A stretch of DNA of 64,000 nt from Nemertoderma westbladi (lineage: Eukaryota > Animalia > Xenacoelomorpha), in assembly GCA_032718475.1 (NCBI GenBank), contig JAUCBJ010001166.1, positions 62,001-126,000 of the forward strand. Direction: 5' to 3'. Of this stretch, positions 1 through 11,906 are shown in pieces. Below the pieces are notes generated by a model, which searched no databases, was not told where the DNA came from, and was given only the letters and a program-made list of their open reading frames with translations. How positions within the stretch are numbered: position 1 is the first letter of the stretch; every line of letters begins with the position of its first letter. The translations under genes were made by a program, and so were the position numbers.

Positions 1-2268
1 TTGCGCAATTCTTTGTGTTGCCAGCCACAATATAGTAACAATATTGACGATGTTGTGCAACTATATAATGATACCCTTACAACCATCATGGATATACATG
101 CCCCGGAGAAATGTAAGACTGTACGTACAGAAATCAAGGCTGCCTGGTATAGTGAGGACATAGCTAAGGAAAAGAGGAAGCGCCGGCGGTTGGAACGGAA
201 ATACCATAAAACTAGACTTACAGTGGATTGTATTGCTTTTAGAACTCAGTGCAAAGTGGTTTCAGATGCTATTGTTTTTGCAAAGGAATCCTACTATGGG
301 GATATAATTAGAAATAATTCAGGTAACCAAAAGATGCTATATTCTGTAATCAATAAACTATTATATCGCAAGAAGAATTGTCTACCGGAACGAGAATCTG
401 ATGAGGAGTTAGCTAACGTATTCGGAGATTATTTCGACAAAAAGATTGAAGGTATACGGAGAGATATATTACACCCTCAACAAGGCTCTCGGCCATTGAT
501 TGGGCCCACTGTTCTGACCGAAGTAAACGCCCAATCGATTGGGCCGGTTGCTCATACGGAAACAATTCCTATACTAGTTCGTCCGACATTGGCGGGAATG
601 GCGACACCGACGGAAACGAAATCTCACCCTATTGGACTGGGTGACCCGGCGGCTTTTAACACCCCAACGGTTACGGATCAAGGATTTAGCTCTTTCCGTG
701 AAATTTCCACTGAGGAGACGAAGGAACTTATAAATAACTCGAAATCTAAAACGAGTCCGCGCGACCCGATGCCGACGAGCTTGGTCAAGCTGTCCATCAA
801 TCTGCTGCTGCCTCTTATTACCTGTATTATTAATATGTCATTGTCTATGGGTACAGTTCCATCTCTGTTTAAGGAGGCAGTGTTAACACCAGTCCTTAAG
901 AAGATAAAATTGGACCCAGAAATTCTTAAAAACTTCAGGCCGGTCTCCAACTTGCTTTACATTTCGAAATTAATAGAAAAGGTCGTCGCAAACCAGCTGA
1001 TTCAATATATGAATATTCACAACCTACATGAGCCGATGCAAAGCGCATACAGGCACCACCACGGAACAGAAACAGCACTTCTTTCAGTAAATGATTCTAT
1101 TCTCCGCAGCATCGACTCAGGTTCAGCAGTGCTAGTTGTTCTCTTGGATTTATCTGCAGCGTTCGACACGGTTGAACATGAGAAACTCTTAGAAATTCTT
1201 AAGTCTGATATAGGGATAACTGGAAATGCACTTAAATGGTTCAAATCATATTTGTCTGATCGTAAACAGCAAGTTCGTGTTGGTAGTCATTATTCTACAT
1301 ACAGAGACCTAAAGTATGGATTGCCACAAGGTTCTGTGCTCGGGCCGCTACTATTTACAATTTATACACGCTCTTTATCTGCTGTAATAAAAAAGCATGG
1401 TTTATCATACCATCTGTATGCTGATGATACTCAAATATATATCAGTTTCAAATCTGTAAATATTGATTCAGCAGTTCAGGTGACTGAGGATTGCCTAAAT
1501 GATATTCAGAAATGGATGTACACATATATGCTCAAGATGAACTCCGAGAAAACCGAAGTGCTGCTACTGCAGTCACGATTTGGCACATCAGTTGACAACC
1601 CACAAATACGTATTGGTAACGACGTGGTGGGCTGCAGCACCGATGCCCGCAATATCGGCTTTACTATGGATCATTATATGACGTTCAGTAAACAAATATC
1701 TCTAACTGTTCGCAGTGCGTTTTTCCACATCCGAAATCTATCAAAAATACAGCGGTGTTTAGCAAAACATGACCTTGAAACGCTAATCCACGCATTTATC
1801 ACCAGCTCTTTAGACAATAACAATTCGTTATATTATGGATTGCCAGACAAATATATAAACAAACTACAATATGTCCAGAACTCTGCGGCGCGCCTACTAA
1901 CAGGCACAAAGAAACGAGAACATATTAAACCTGTGCTCAAATATCTCCACTGGTTGCCTGTATTGCGACGCATTGACTTTAAGATTGTACTTATAGTATA
2001 TAAGTGTATCAATGGCTACGCTCCGAGCTATTTAAAGAATTTGCTGACCCGGTACATTCCTCATCGTTCTCTGCGTTCAGGTGATGATGAACTAACTCTG
2101 GTTGCGCCTCGTTATCGGCTAGAAAGTTACGGGAGGCGGGCTTTCTCAGTTGCCGGGCCCCGTTTATGGAACGCTCTCCCTTATTCGGTCCGCAGTGCAC
2201 ACACCGTGGAATTGTTTAAGTCGCAGCTGAAAACACACTACTTTTCGTTAGAATACGTAATTAACTAA
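1..2268 (+). CDS. L2/CR1-group non-LTR retrotransposon ORF2, reverse transcriptase part (5' end outside window)
   Basis: 755-aa uninterrupted frame with NFRPVSNL, QSAYR, LLDLSAAFDTV, GLPQGSVLGP, YADD and the C-terminal LHWLPV...RAFSVAGPRLWN typical of L2. Confidence 0.93.
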   Translation: MRNSLCCQPQYSNNIDDVVQLYNDTLTTIMDIHAPEKCKTVRTEIKAAWYSEDIAKEKRKRRRLERKYHKTRLTVDCIAFRTQCKVVSDAIVFAKESYYGDIIRNNSGNQKMLYSVINKLLYRKKNCLPERESDEELANVFGDYFDKKIEGIRRDILHPQQGSRPLIGPTVLTEVNAQSIGPVAHTETIPILVRPTLAGMATPTETKSHPIGLGDPAAFNTPTVTDQGFSSFREISTEETKELINNSKSKTSPRDPMPTSLVKLSINLLLPLITCIINMSLSMGTVPSLFKEAVLTPVLKKIKLDPEILKNFRPVSNLLYISKLIEKVVANQLIQYMNIHNLHEPMQSAYRHHHGTETALLSVNDSILRSIDSGSAVLVVLLDLSAAFDTVEHEKLLEILKSDIGITGNALKWFKSYLSDRKQQVRVGSHYSTYRDLKYGLPQGSVLGPLLFTIYTRSLSAVIKKHGLSYHLYADDTQIYISFKSVNIDSAVQVTEDCLNDIQKWMYTYMLKMNSEKTEVLLLQSRFGTSVDNPQIRIGNDVVGCSTDARNIGFTMDHYMTFSKQISLTVRSAFFHIRNLSKIQRCLAKHDLETLIHAFITSSLDNNNSLYYGLPDKYINKLQYVQNSAARLLTGTKKREHIKPVLKYLHWLPVLRRIDFKIVLIVYKCINGYAPSYLKNLLTRYIPHRSLRSGDDELTLVAPRYRLESYGRRAFSVAGPRLWNALPYSVRSAHTVELFKSQLKTHYFSLEYVIN

Positions 2269-2325
2269 TTGTGTACGCGTACCTGCGCCTTGATTTATTG
2301 CCCTTAAAAGGCGCGTTATAAATAA

Positions 2326-2360
<35 letters not shown>
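2269..2360 (+). repeat. L2 3' UTR with (ATT)n tail
   Basis: Short UTR with GCGCCTT...AAGGCGC stem, then AAATAAAT and about 11 ATT repeats. Confidence 0.85.
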
Positions 2361-2361
<1 letters not shown>

Positions 2362-2652
2362 AAAAGACCAACACTAGAAGCAGCATGTTCTAATGAGCTG
2401 AGGAGCCGTTGGGCTCCCTCTAATGATTCTGAGAGTACTCCTAAGTCATCAGCAAAGTCTAGATCAGTTAGGTACTTGGCAGGATTTCCTCGACTTCTGG
2501 AGCCAGTAGGTGGGGTTATCATCACCCCATCATCATTATAATGATCTAAGGACATGCGTAGAACATAGTCAACCACAATAATGAACAAGAATGGTGCAAG
2601 TGTGTCTCCTTGGAGGACGCCCCATAACACTTCAAATGGTTCTGTGTCACCG
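2361..2652 (-). pseudogene. RTE-clade LINE RT fragment
   Basis: GVLQGDTLAPFLF...LTDLDFADD; abuts the L2 tail; related decayed copy at about 44030-44500. Confidence 0.85.
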
Positions 2653-4300
2653 TATTTTTAATGGTAGATTAGGAAACAATTTTGGCAAAGGGAAGTGACT
2701 TTTTACAGTGCCTCTAACGACCGCAAGTCAGTTATAGACTATATCATAGGTAGTGAACCGCTTTTCAAGTTGTGCGACTATTTTGCAGTTGATGATCCAA
2801 ATATTTTATCTCACCATTGTGTTGTGTCATTTAATATAAATGTTAATATGAATATGAAGATGGTATTGACAGATGGGAGGCCATGAGGAGATAAATTGCG
2901 GACATACAAGGTATCAGATTTCCAGGTCTATCTTTTACCTGAGCCGCTAGCTGAATGGTTAGAGCGTCAGACTTCCACACCGGAGGTCACCAGTTCGATC
3001 CCCCTGGACGTCATTGCCGACTTTGCAAAATCTGTGCCCAACAAAAAGTTATAATAATATGAATATGGATACTATAGAGGCAGGTTCGCCTCCACCACCG
3101 AGGACATACGCTAACGATGTAGTAAATGAAGACACTAATAATATTCCCCTGAGTCTTTTACCTGGAGACCCAAGCATAAACAGCGGTTTATTGATTCATT
3201 GCAAAGTAATAACGTCCAAACACAGTTAAATTAAATTTATGACAGTATCCTTGTAACGGAGAACGGTAACTAAAAGTAATGTAGATAACTCTATAAATAG
3301 CTTTAACTCTGTAATTAAGAATGTAGCCAGCCAGTATTTTTCTAAAAATGAATGCAAATGTACTCATGATAAACCTGGTGCACCGTGGTTTAATGATAGA
3401 TGTGCAGTAGCGAAATGTATGTTTATAAGTGCGTTAAACCAGTGGCGTAACAAAGGTTATGCCCAAACGCGGGAAACGCTGTCACTATGTCGAGCAAACT
3501 ATAAGAGAATCCTCAGGCAAGAAAGATATAATTATAAGTATGATCAATCCAAACGCTTGCTATCATGCAATAAACACGATATAAAAAAGTTTTGAAAATT
3601 ACTAGATGTAACGCCACTGGGACAGTTAATAACGATATTGATATAAAAACACTAGAAACTCACTTCAGAAGTTTAAATAATTCAGCCTCTAATTTTGAGG
3701 ACATGGGTTTTGGTACTAACACAGGAATTGATAGTAGCGAAATGAAAACTGTATTTGAAAATAACCTAAGCGAGCCATTTACAGAATTCGAGATAGAAAA
3801 AACGATACAACTATGCTTGGAATAACCAATAAATATAGTCTATACCGCTGTTTTTAAAATCTATAACTGAAAAACTAAATGCAGTTTGTAAAGGATTGAT
3901 GGTCTAGCTCTAACAGTTCACCGAAGGGAGCTTTGTATTTTAAAAGAACGTTCAGTGCAGAACCATATTTAAATTTATTGAATGAACATAATATGTTGCG
4001 TTGACAAATAGCAAGATTACGTTGTTCTTCTCAGACTTTATTAATAGAGTACGGTAGGTGGCACTGGCACAAGATCCCCCGGGATCAAAGAATATTGTCG
4101 TCTTTGTGCGGGTAATGTATAGGTGACGTCTAGTCTGTGCTAGAATGTAGTAAATTAAAAATCTAAGAGAAACGTATTTAGGAAGGTTTTATTCAGTTCA
4201 TCCAAGTATTTTTAAAATTAAAGCGTAATTACTTGTAATCAAAAGGGAAAGTTAGTGAATTTTCGGGAAATATATATTTGATCCTCAAAAAATACGTAGA
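2653..4300 (+). pseudogene. Decayed, internally deleted LINE (RTEX-like): endonuclease end, linker and C-terminal Cys domain
   Basis: NGRLG...SVIDY...SHHC; APWFND; IARLRCSS...IEYGRW...IPRDQ; many stops and frameshifts; RT core absent. Confidence 0.65.
2941..3058 (+). mobile_element. tRNA-derived SINE
   Basis: A box TAGCTGAATGG, B box AGTTCGATCC, non-tRNA body and ATAATAAT tail; second partial copy on the minus strand at about 22945-23017. Confidence 0.75.
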
Positions 4301-4338
4301 GTTGAGAGTTGGTTGAATGTAGGCGAACTTCTGGCTGG

Positions 4339-4965
4339 CTACGAAAATGTGATTGTGCTTTTTTCCATTTTTAAAACAAATTTATTTATGGGGTTTTCTT
4401 GGTCGGTGATTTCATTTCCGATATCTATTTTTACGTTTGATTGATTATTTAATGTTTGTACGTCTGTTTGTCTGACTGTCTGTTTGTCTGTCAAAATTGA
4501 GAAATAAATCAAATTAACAAACAATTATGGGGTTTTCTTGGTCGGTGATTTCATTTCCCCCAAAAGCAAAACATTTTGTTACATATCACGTTTCCCTAAT
4601 TTTTGACAGACAAACCGACACACAGACAGACAGACAGACTGACTAACAGACATTCACATGGTCAGGATCGCGTCAAACTCATAAATAGACATTGGAAATG
4701 GAACCACCGCCTTCCAAGAAAACCCCCAAAGCAAAACATTTTGTTAGATATCATGTTTCCCTAATTTTTGACAGACAAACCGACACATAGACAGACAGAC
4801 AGACTGACTAACAGAAATTCAGACAGTCAGGATCGCGTCAAACCTCTAAATCGACATTGGAAATGGAATCGCCTTCCAAGAAAACCCCCAAAGCAAAACA
4901 TTTTGTTAGATATCACGTTTCCCTAATTTTTGTCAGACAAACCGAAACACAGACAGACTGATCGA
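4339..4965. repeat. Non-autonomous repeat with about 160-170-bp tandem units containing (CAGA)n, plus inverted partial units
   Basis: AAGCAAAACATTTTGTT...GACAGACAAACCGA recurs at about 4564, 4729 and 4891; inverted GGGGTTTTCTTGG copies at about 4390 and 4529. Confidence 0.6.
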
Positions 4966-5885
4966 CAGTCTAGAATCCGTCAGCCGTGGAAAGTAACATT
5001 TGAAATTAAATCACTGAACAGGAAAACTCATAGCGAAAATTATCCTGTAGGACAAATACAATAAATTACAGTATTTTGAAAAACTTACAAAAAAATGGCC
5101 ACTTAAATTTATAATAATTTCAAAATGATTAAAGTCTACAAAAAATCAAATAACTCCAAAACTAAAATAGATATGAAAATTTCGTTTACAGTTTCAGAAT
5201 TACCAAAAAATTCCGTTTTAGAAAAAAAGTAAAAAATAAAATTCGATTTTTTAAAACCATATCAACTATTTTGACTTCAACCTCTAATTAATTCTGTGAA
5301 ATAATATTTTGCAACGCTAGTTCGATTTCTTGATCAAACCTCATTGTAACTTGTTCCAATGATTTTCATTTTTTGAAATAAAAGGTTAATGGTTAGAATA
5401 ATGTGGCACTACTACAGTATAACGGTTCCAGGACGAAGGTCCGAATGGGATGGAGGACCGAATAGGACGAAGTTCCGAAAAATCAAGACGAAGGTCCAAA
5501 ACACCAGGACGAAGGTCCGTCACACCACATTCTAAGATAATATTTACGTGGGGGGGGGGGGGGGGGGGCTGTGAATTGTGACATACAGAGTTATGTGCTG
5601 AAGCAGCTGTAAAATGATTTGTTACTTGACGCAATTACAAATAATTATGGTACGTTAGGTACGTTGCAAATCAAATTATGGCCAGAATGTAATGATGGAA
5701 CGGTTCTGCCAGTCCAATCTAACCAGACTGCCTTCAAACCGGTAGCCGGCCTATATAATCAGATGAGTCCAATACACGCTACGCGTATATCACACATACC
5801 CCTTAATAGTGGGGGGTTGATTGTGTGAGTGTACATTATATTAATATTTATAAAATGTTACTAGTTAATGTTAATAGTAAATGTC

Positions 5886-8290
5886 CTATTGTGTAGGGCT
5901 AATTGGATTGTTTACTATAGTCACTATTCGCGTAGCGCGCAGGGGGCCTAAACTGCCCTCCCAGACCTGGAGGTGTAGGGTGCTTCTGGCATCGAGACCG
6001 AGCCCTCTGGTGTTGGTTGGCTGTGGTCTGCGACTGGCGGGGTGGTGGTTGGGTGCCCCGCAATGTGTGCCCAAGTTGGTCGTGGTAGGGCTGGTGAGGT
6101 CGGCGTCGTGCTTACGGGTAACGGTGGCTGTGGCGTCAGAGTGGGTTGTTGCGGTGGTTGGCCGCTGGGGGGCGCTGCAAAATTCCGGACCCGGAGGAGG
6201 ACGCAGTTGCGACCGGTACTGGTACGGCCTGGTACGACCGCTTTCTTGGCGCATGAGATAATCGTGGTTGGGGAGGACCTCCACCACGGTGCCATAGCCT
6301 GTCCAAAGCTTGGTCGCTGGGTCCTGAATGAGGGCTGGTTGGCCAATGGAGAGCGTGCATAGGGGACGTGTGTGGCAGTCGTAATTGGCGCGCAGCTTGG
6401 CTGAGTTTTTGGCGGCGATTTCATCGAGCTCCCGGAAAGTGCGGCGCCATTTTGGGTCGAACAATGAGAAGTGGGCGGGGAGGGCCTCGTGGATGTTCCT
6501 CCCGTACAGGAGTTCCGCTGGGGACCGGCCGCCGTACGTGGTGTATTCCAGAATGCGAGGATGCCCTGTGTGATGCCGTCAGAGTCGTGGTTAGCACCCC
6601 AGATAATTTTCTTAATGGCCTTCACGGCCGCCTCCGCTTGTCCGTTTGTATGAGGTAGGTGGGGGCTGGATGGCTCCAGACGTACTCCCCAGCGCTGGAG
6701 GAACTGGCGCACCGCGTCCGACATGAGTTGCGGGCCGCCATCTGGGTGTAGGATGGCTGGAACGGCGGTGGCGAGGAAGAGACGTCGGAGGCAGGGAATA
6801 ATTGCCCTCAATGTGGTGTCCGCCCGGAGGCGAAATAGTGTGGGCCAGCCCGTGTACTCGTCCGTGCAGACAAGGTAGTTCACGGCGGCCACTACGCAGA
6901 GGTCCACGTGGACGCGCTGGAACGGTCAGATGGCGTCTGGGTTGTGTTGCAGTGGCTCGGGGGCGTGGGATGGGAGGACTGTCTGACACAACTGGCGGCA
7001 TTCGACAGCCTGTTTCACATCATTCGCGATGGTGGGCCACCAGACTGCCCAGATGGCCCGTTCCCGAGTTTTGTTAAGGCCCTGGTGCGAGACATGGAGT
7101 TGACTGAGTGTATTGGCCCGCATCTCAGTTGGTATGTATAGTTGGGGACCATGTAGTATGAGCCAGTCTTGGGCCATCAGGTCACACCTGAACTGGTAAT
7201 AGGGGTGGACCCAGTCGTTAGTGATGTCGTGTTTTGACGTGGGCCAACCCTCGGTGATGGTGGCGAGGAGGGCGCAGTATGTCGGGTCGCGTTGTCCCGC
7301 CTCACGGATTTCCTGGAGACGGGCGTCCCGGGAGTCAAAGGTTGGGATTTCGCCGATGGCCGCATTTATTATGTATTCGCGGTCCGTCTCATCTTCCTGG
7401 GTCAGGATTAAGTCGGTGGGGACCGGGGGGTGGATTGCAGCCTGGGAGAAGGCATCAGCAACCACGTGTTTAGCCCCCTTCTGGTATCGGGCAGTGAAGG
7501 AGAACCGTGATAAAGCCGTTTTGAGTTTTAATAACCGGTCATTTTTTGACTTGATCCAATCGTCGCTCATTTAGAATCGGTATCAGGGGGCTGCAGTTGG
7601 TCACGAGATCAAAATGACGGAGGCCGTCGAGAAAGTAGCGGCACTTGTGGGCCGCCCAGGCCGCCCCGAGGGCCTCCAGCTCAGCCATCCCGGACCAGTT
7701 GGCCTCGTGTTTGGGGAGGGTCCGGGAGCCGCACTGGACCGTTAGCCTGCGGTTCGTTGCTGAATCCCATTTCGTATCCGAGGCCGAGTCCGTTGAGACG
7801 GGAGACGTCGGTGAGCAGCTTGGTTCTGCGGTCCGGATGGAAACCAGACAAGTAGTGGGGGGCAGACAGTGTGGACCGGGTGGCCTCGAATGCCGTCTGG
7901 TGTTCGGGGAGCCACAACCAAGCTATGCGGCTTGAGTTCAACCCACGTAGTGGTTCCACGAGGCGGGTGATCTCGGCCATAGAGTTGCCCAACTTTTGGG
8001 CTAGGCCGAGGAACGACCGGAGTTGGTGTCGGTTCGTGGGGACCGGGAATTGGCAGAGGTCCTCGGTGAGGTCTGGGTTGATGCGGTATTGCCCTTTGGA
8101 GATGATATATCCACCGAATTTAACCTCTGGAAGGCAGAACTGCACCTTCTTCGGGTTTATGGATATATCGGCCTCGTCGCAGGCAGTCAGGACTTTGGCT
8201 ACCGCCTCGTTGTGTTCCTCCACCGTTTCTGTGTAAATTATAATGTCCTCCATGATGCGGCCGATGTTGGGGATCCCCAGGAGTGCCTGG
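5886..8290 (-). pseudogene. pol: Gypsy-1 pol: RT 3' part, RNase H and integrase (frameshifted)
   Basis: MEDIIIY, LRSFLG, TDVSR..GLG, ADAFS, H..H.G...C..C, DGGPQ, NGQAEAAVK. Confidence 0.9.
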
Positions 8291-8399
8291 TCGGTCCGGA
8301 TGGAAACCAGACAAGTAGTGGGGGGCAGACAGTGCGGACCGGGTGGCCTCGAATGCCGCCTGGTGTTCGGGGAGCCACAACCAAGCTATGCGGCCGATA

Positions 8400-8943
8400 G
8401 CTGATGTAGCATAGGCCGATAACAGATGTTAAAGTCATTGTTGGTGACCTGAATGCGCAAATTGGCCCAGAAGACATCAAGGGTTACACCTATAACACCA
8501 GTTCTAACAGAAATAGGTACTTACTTTTAGACCTAATGGAAGAATGTGAATTAATACCAACAAACAACACATTCGAAAAGAGTAAGGACCTTTCAATACC
8601 CTAATGGAACCAAAGCACAACTGGATTACATCCTTATAAACAAAAAGTGAAGAAACAGCATGATCAACTGCGAGGCATACAGCTCGTTCAACCTAATTGG
8701 TTCGGACCACAGAATTGTAACTGCAGAGATAAGACTCAGCTTGAGAGCCAGCAAACCCAGGACAAGCAAGCAAGTCAACTATGACTGGGAGAAACTCAGA
8801 ACTGACAATGCTGTAAAGGATGCTTATACAGTAGAAGTTCAAAACCGCTTTGAAGCACTTCAGTCAATGGATGAAGACCAATCCACCGATTCAATATACC
8901 AGAATATAATAACAGCCCACAATGAATCAGCTAAGAGGCATAT
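8400..8943 (+). pseudogene. RTE LINE endonuclease fragment interleaved in Gypsy-1 pol
   Basis: IVGDLNAQIG, QLDYIL, GSDHRIV; last 215 bp duplicated at 9483-9697. Confidence 0.88.
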
Positions 8944-9482
8944 GCTGGCCATGCGGGCATTAACAACATCCGAGCTGCCGTGCCAGCCCATGGGCATGCG
9001 GCAGTAGCAGTAGCAGCCTCGCAGTGTGACGAATGTTGTAAGACCCCGACTCCGGGGGTCCAAGTTGACCTGGTGGAACCCCTTTAATCCGTCTATAACG
9101 GTGAATACACCGGCGGTGGGTGGGATCCGCGAAACGACATGAAACGGGGATGGGGAGAAGTAGGCTGGGTGGATGGTGTTCAGGTTGAGTTCCCGGAGGT
9201 CGACGGTAATTCGGACCAATTCGCCGTTTTTTTTACGGGTAATAACCATGGGGCTCAGCCAGTCGCTGGGGCAGTTTTCGTCGTTGGCTGGTTCTAGAAT
9301 CCCAATGGCCACCTGTTCGTCCAGTTCCCTGTTGAAGGCCTCCTCCAGGTTCGCTGGGATGGCCCTATTGGTGTATGAGTTTTTAGGTTTCGCGCCCGGA
9401 GTGAGTTTGATAGTAATGTCCCCACCCTTCATCACCCTGCAGACATCCGATAGGGGGCGCGGGAAGCAGGTCTCATGTCTCA
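8944..9482 (-). pseudogene. pol: Gypsy-1 pol: RT N-terminal part
   Basis: WLSPMV..KKNG..RITVDLRELN, IDGLKGFHQV, LTTFVT, RMPMG. Confidence 0.9.
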
Positions 9483-11625
9483 ATAAGACTCAGCTTGAGA
9501 GCCAGCAAACCCAGGACAAGCAAGCAAGTCAACTATGACTGGGAGAAACTCAGAACTGACAATGCTGTAAAGGATGCTTATACAGTAGAAGTTCAAAACC
9601 GCTTTGAAGCACTTCAGTCAATGGATGAAGACCAATCCACCGATTCAATATACCAGAATATAATAACAGCCCACAAGGAATCAGCTAAGAGGCATATCCC
9701 CCAGAAACCCAAACGAAAACAGTATGTGCCATGGCAAAACTCTGAGGTTACTTGTAAGAGAGAAGATATTAAGATAGCCTACAAAGTTAAAACTGAACAA
9801 CCAACAACTGAAAACATTAACAAGGTTGAGAAAGCTAAGGACGATCTTAAATTGGCCTACAACATCAGCCAGGAAAAGTACATACAGGATAAAACTGAAG
9901 CAATTACAACTGCTCACATACAGCAACAATCAAGACTTACCTGGCAAACTGTAAATGAGGTATCTGGTCGGAAAAGTTGTGCAAAGGGGTGCCTCAAAGC
10001 CGATAGTCCTGAAGAACGTGTTGGGAAGTGGAAAAATCACTTCAGCAACTTGCTTGTGCAGCCACCAAACATCGAGGTCAGCCCTACAAGGAAAATATAT
10101 GACAAGACACTACCTATAGAAACAGGGGACTTCACACCTGCCGAACTCAAAAGAAGCATTAAAAGCATGTCCAATAATAAAGCGAGTGGATTAGATGAAA
10201 TCCCAGCGGAGGTATGGAAAACCAGAGTGCTAAACAGACCATTATTGAATGTTTGCAACCGGATGTTAAAAGGGGAAAAGCCACCACCAATTTGGACTAA
10301 AGGTCAACTAAAGCCTCTCCCCAAGAAAGGAGACCTCGGCATACCAACAAACTATCGTGGGATCTGTCTGCTTATGGTAGCTGCCAAAATATACAATAAA
10401 ATGATTCTATATAGGATTAGGCCTCACATAGAGAAACTACTGCGTAAGAGCCAAAACGGATTTCGACCAAGTAGATCAACAATAGCTCAGATATTTGCAC
10501 TACAGAGGCTGATTGAAGGAATTAAGTCAAAAGAATCTCCCTGCAGTCATGACTTTCGTGGGCTTCAAGAAGGCATTCGACTCCATCCATAGAGGTAAAA
10601 TGCTTGAAATCCTAAGAGCTTATTGAATACCAGAAGTAATTGTTGCTGGCATTGGATTGTTATATTGTGACACAGAAGCGCAGGTACTCTCACTAGATGG
10701 TGAAACTGAGTTTTTCTCAATCCTGGCTGGCGTACTGCAAGGTGACACATTAGCACCATTACTATTTGTAATTGTGCTGGATTACGCAATGAGGACGGCC
10801 ACAAAGGGTGAAGATCTGGGATTCACACTTCAAGAACGCAGAAGTAGTAGATATCCGGCAACTACAGTCACAGACACCGACTTTGCGGATGACATCGCCC
10901 TGCTCTCTAATACACTAGCAGATGCACAGCTTCTACTAAATAAAGTGGAGAGGGCTGCTAAGGAGGTTGGATTGCATATAAATGCTACAAAGACCGAATT
11001 CATGACCTTTAATGTTGATGGGAACTTGACAACCATTGATAATAATCAACTAAGGAAGGTTGATGACTTCCAGTACCTTGGATCATGGATAGAGAGTAAC
11101 AAAAAGGACATAGAAGTTAGGAAAGCAAAGGCTTGGGTAGCTCTATCAAAAATGGATACCATCTGGAAATCAGATCTCTCCAGGCACCTGAAGACTAAGT
11201 TCTTTCGAGCCACAGTGGAAAGTGTATTTCTATACGGGGGTGAGACCTGGACACTGAGTAAATCACTTGAACAACGAATAGATGGTTGCTACACAAGACT
11301 ACTAAGGGCAGCCCTAAACATCAGCTGGAGACAACACATGACAAACGCCGAGCTTTATGGTACAATACCACCTGTATCAACCACCCTCCGTGAACGCAGA
11401 TTAAGATTCAGTGGGCACTGCTGGCGAAGTAAAGACGAGGTCATACCAGATCTACTTCTCTGGCAACCAACTCATGGAAAGCATAGTCGTGGACGACCAG
11501 CCATAACGTATATAGATCAACTTGAAAGGGATACTGAACTTGGGAGAAACGAAATTGCGACGGGAAGCCTGGAAGGATCTCATTTCCACTGTCCGAGTTC
11601 GCTCGACCTAGTAGTAGTAGTAGTA
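9483..11625 (+). mobile_element. RTE-clade LINE (RT, frameshifted) ending in a (TAG)n tail inside the Gypsy-2 3' LTR
   Basis: NYRGI.L, QNGFR, GVLQGDTLAP, FADD, RRLRFSGH; (TAG)n at about 11609-11625 directly abuts LTR sequence. Confidence 0.92.
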
Positions 11626-11906
11626 TATATAATCTTGTAATCATATCTGCATATAGCAGTGCTGCAGTATACAACATGTACTGCAATAGGCATAGTAGTG
11701 CAGAATACATACTACTGATTCCTGGCTATCAGGTACATGACTAAACTCATTTCAAGAACATATCTACTGTATGTTATATCAAAATCCCCTTCACCAAAAT
11801 ACACATACAACACTTCCCTTTTTTTAAAAGCGAAATATAAAATGAGTTTTATTTTGCTTTAAACTTAATCTAAAATAGAAACCAAAATATTATTTTACAA
11901 TTGGAA

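Noticed and set aside
2941-3012. Functional tRNA gene
   Set aside because: Acceptor stem does not pair; it continues into a body and tail shared with another dispersed copy, so it is a SINE
5681-5687. TSD for Gypsy-1
   Set aside because: Left flank CAGAA does not match right flank GCCAT; GCCAG lies two bases away but needs both an offset and a mismatch
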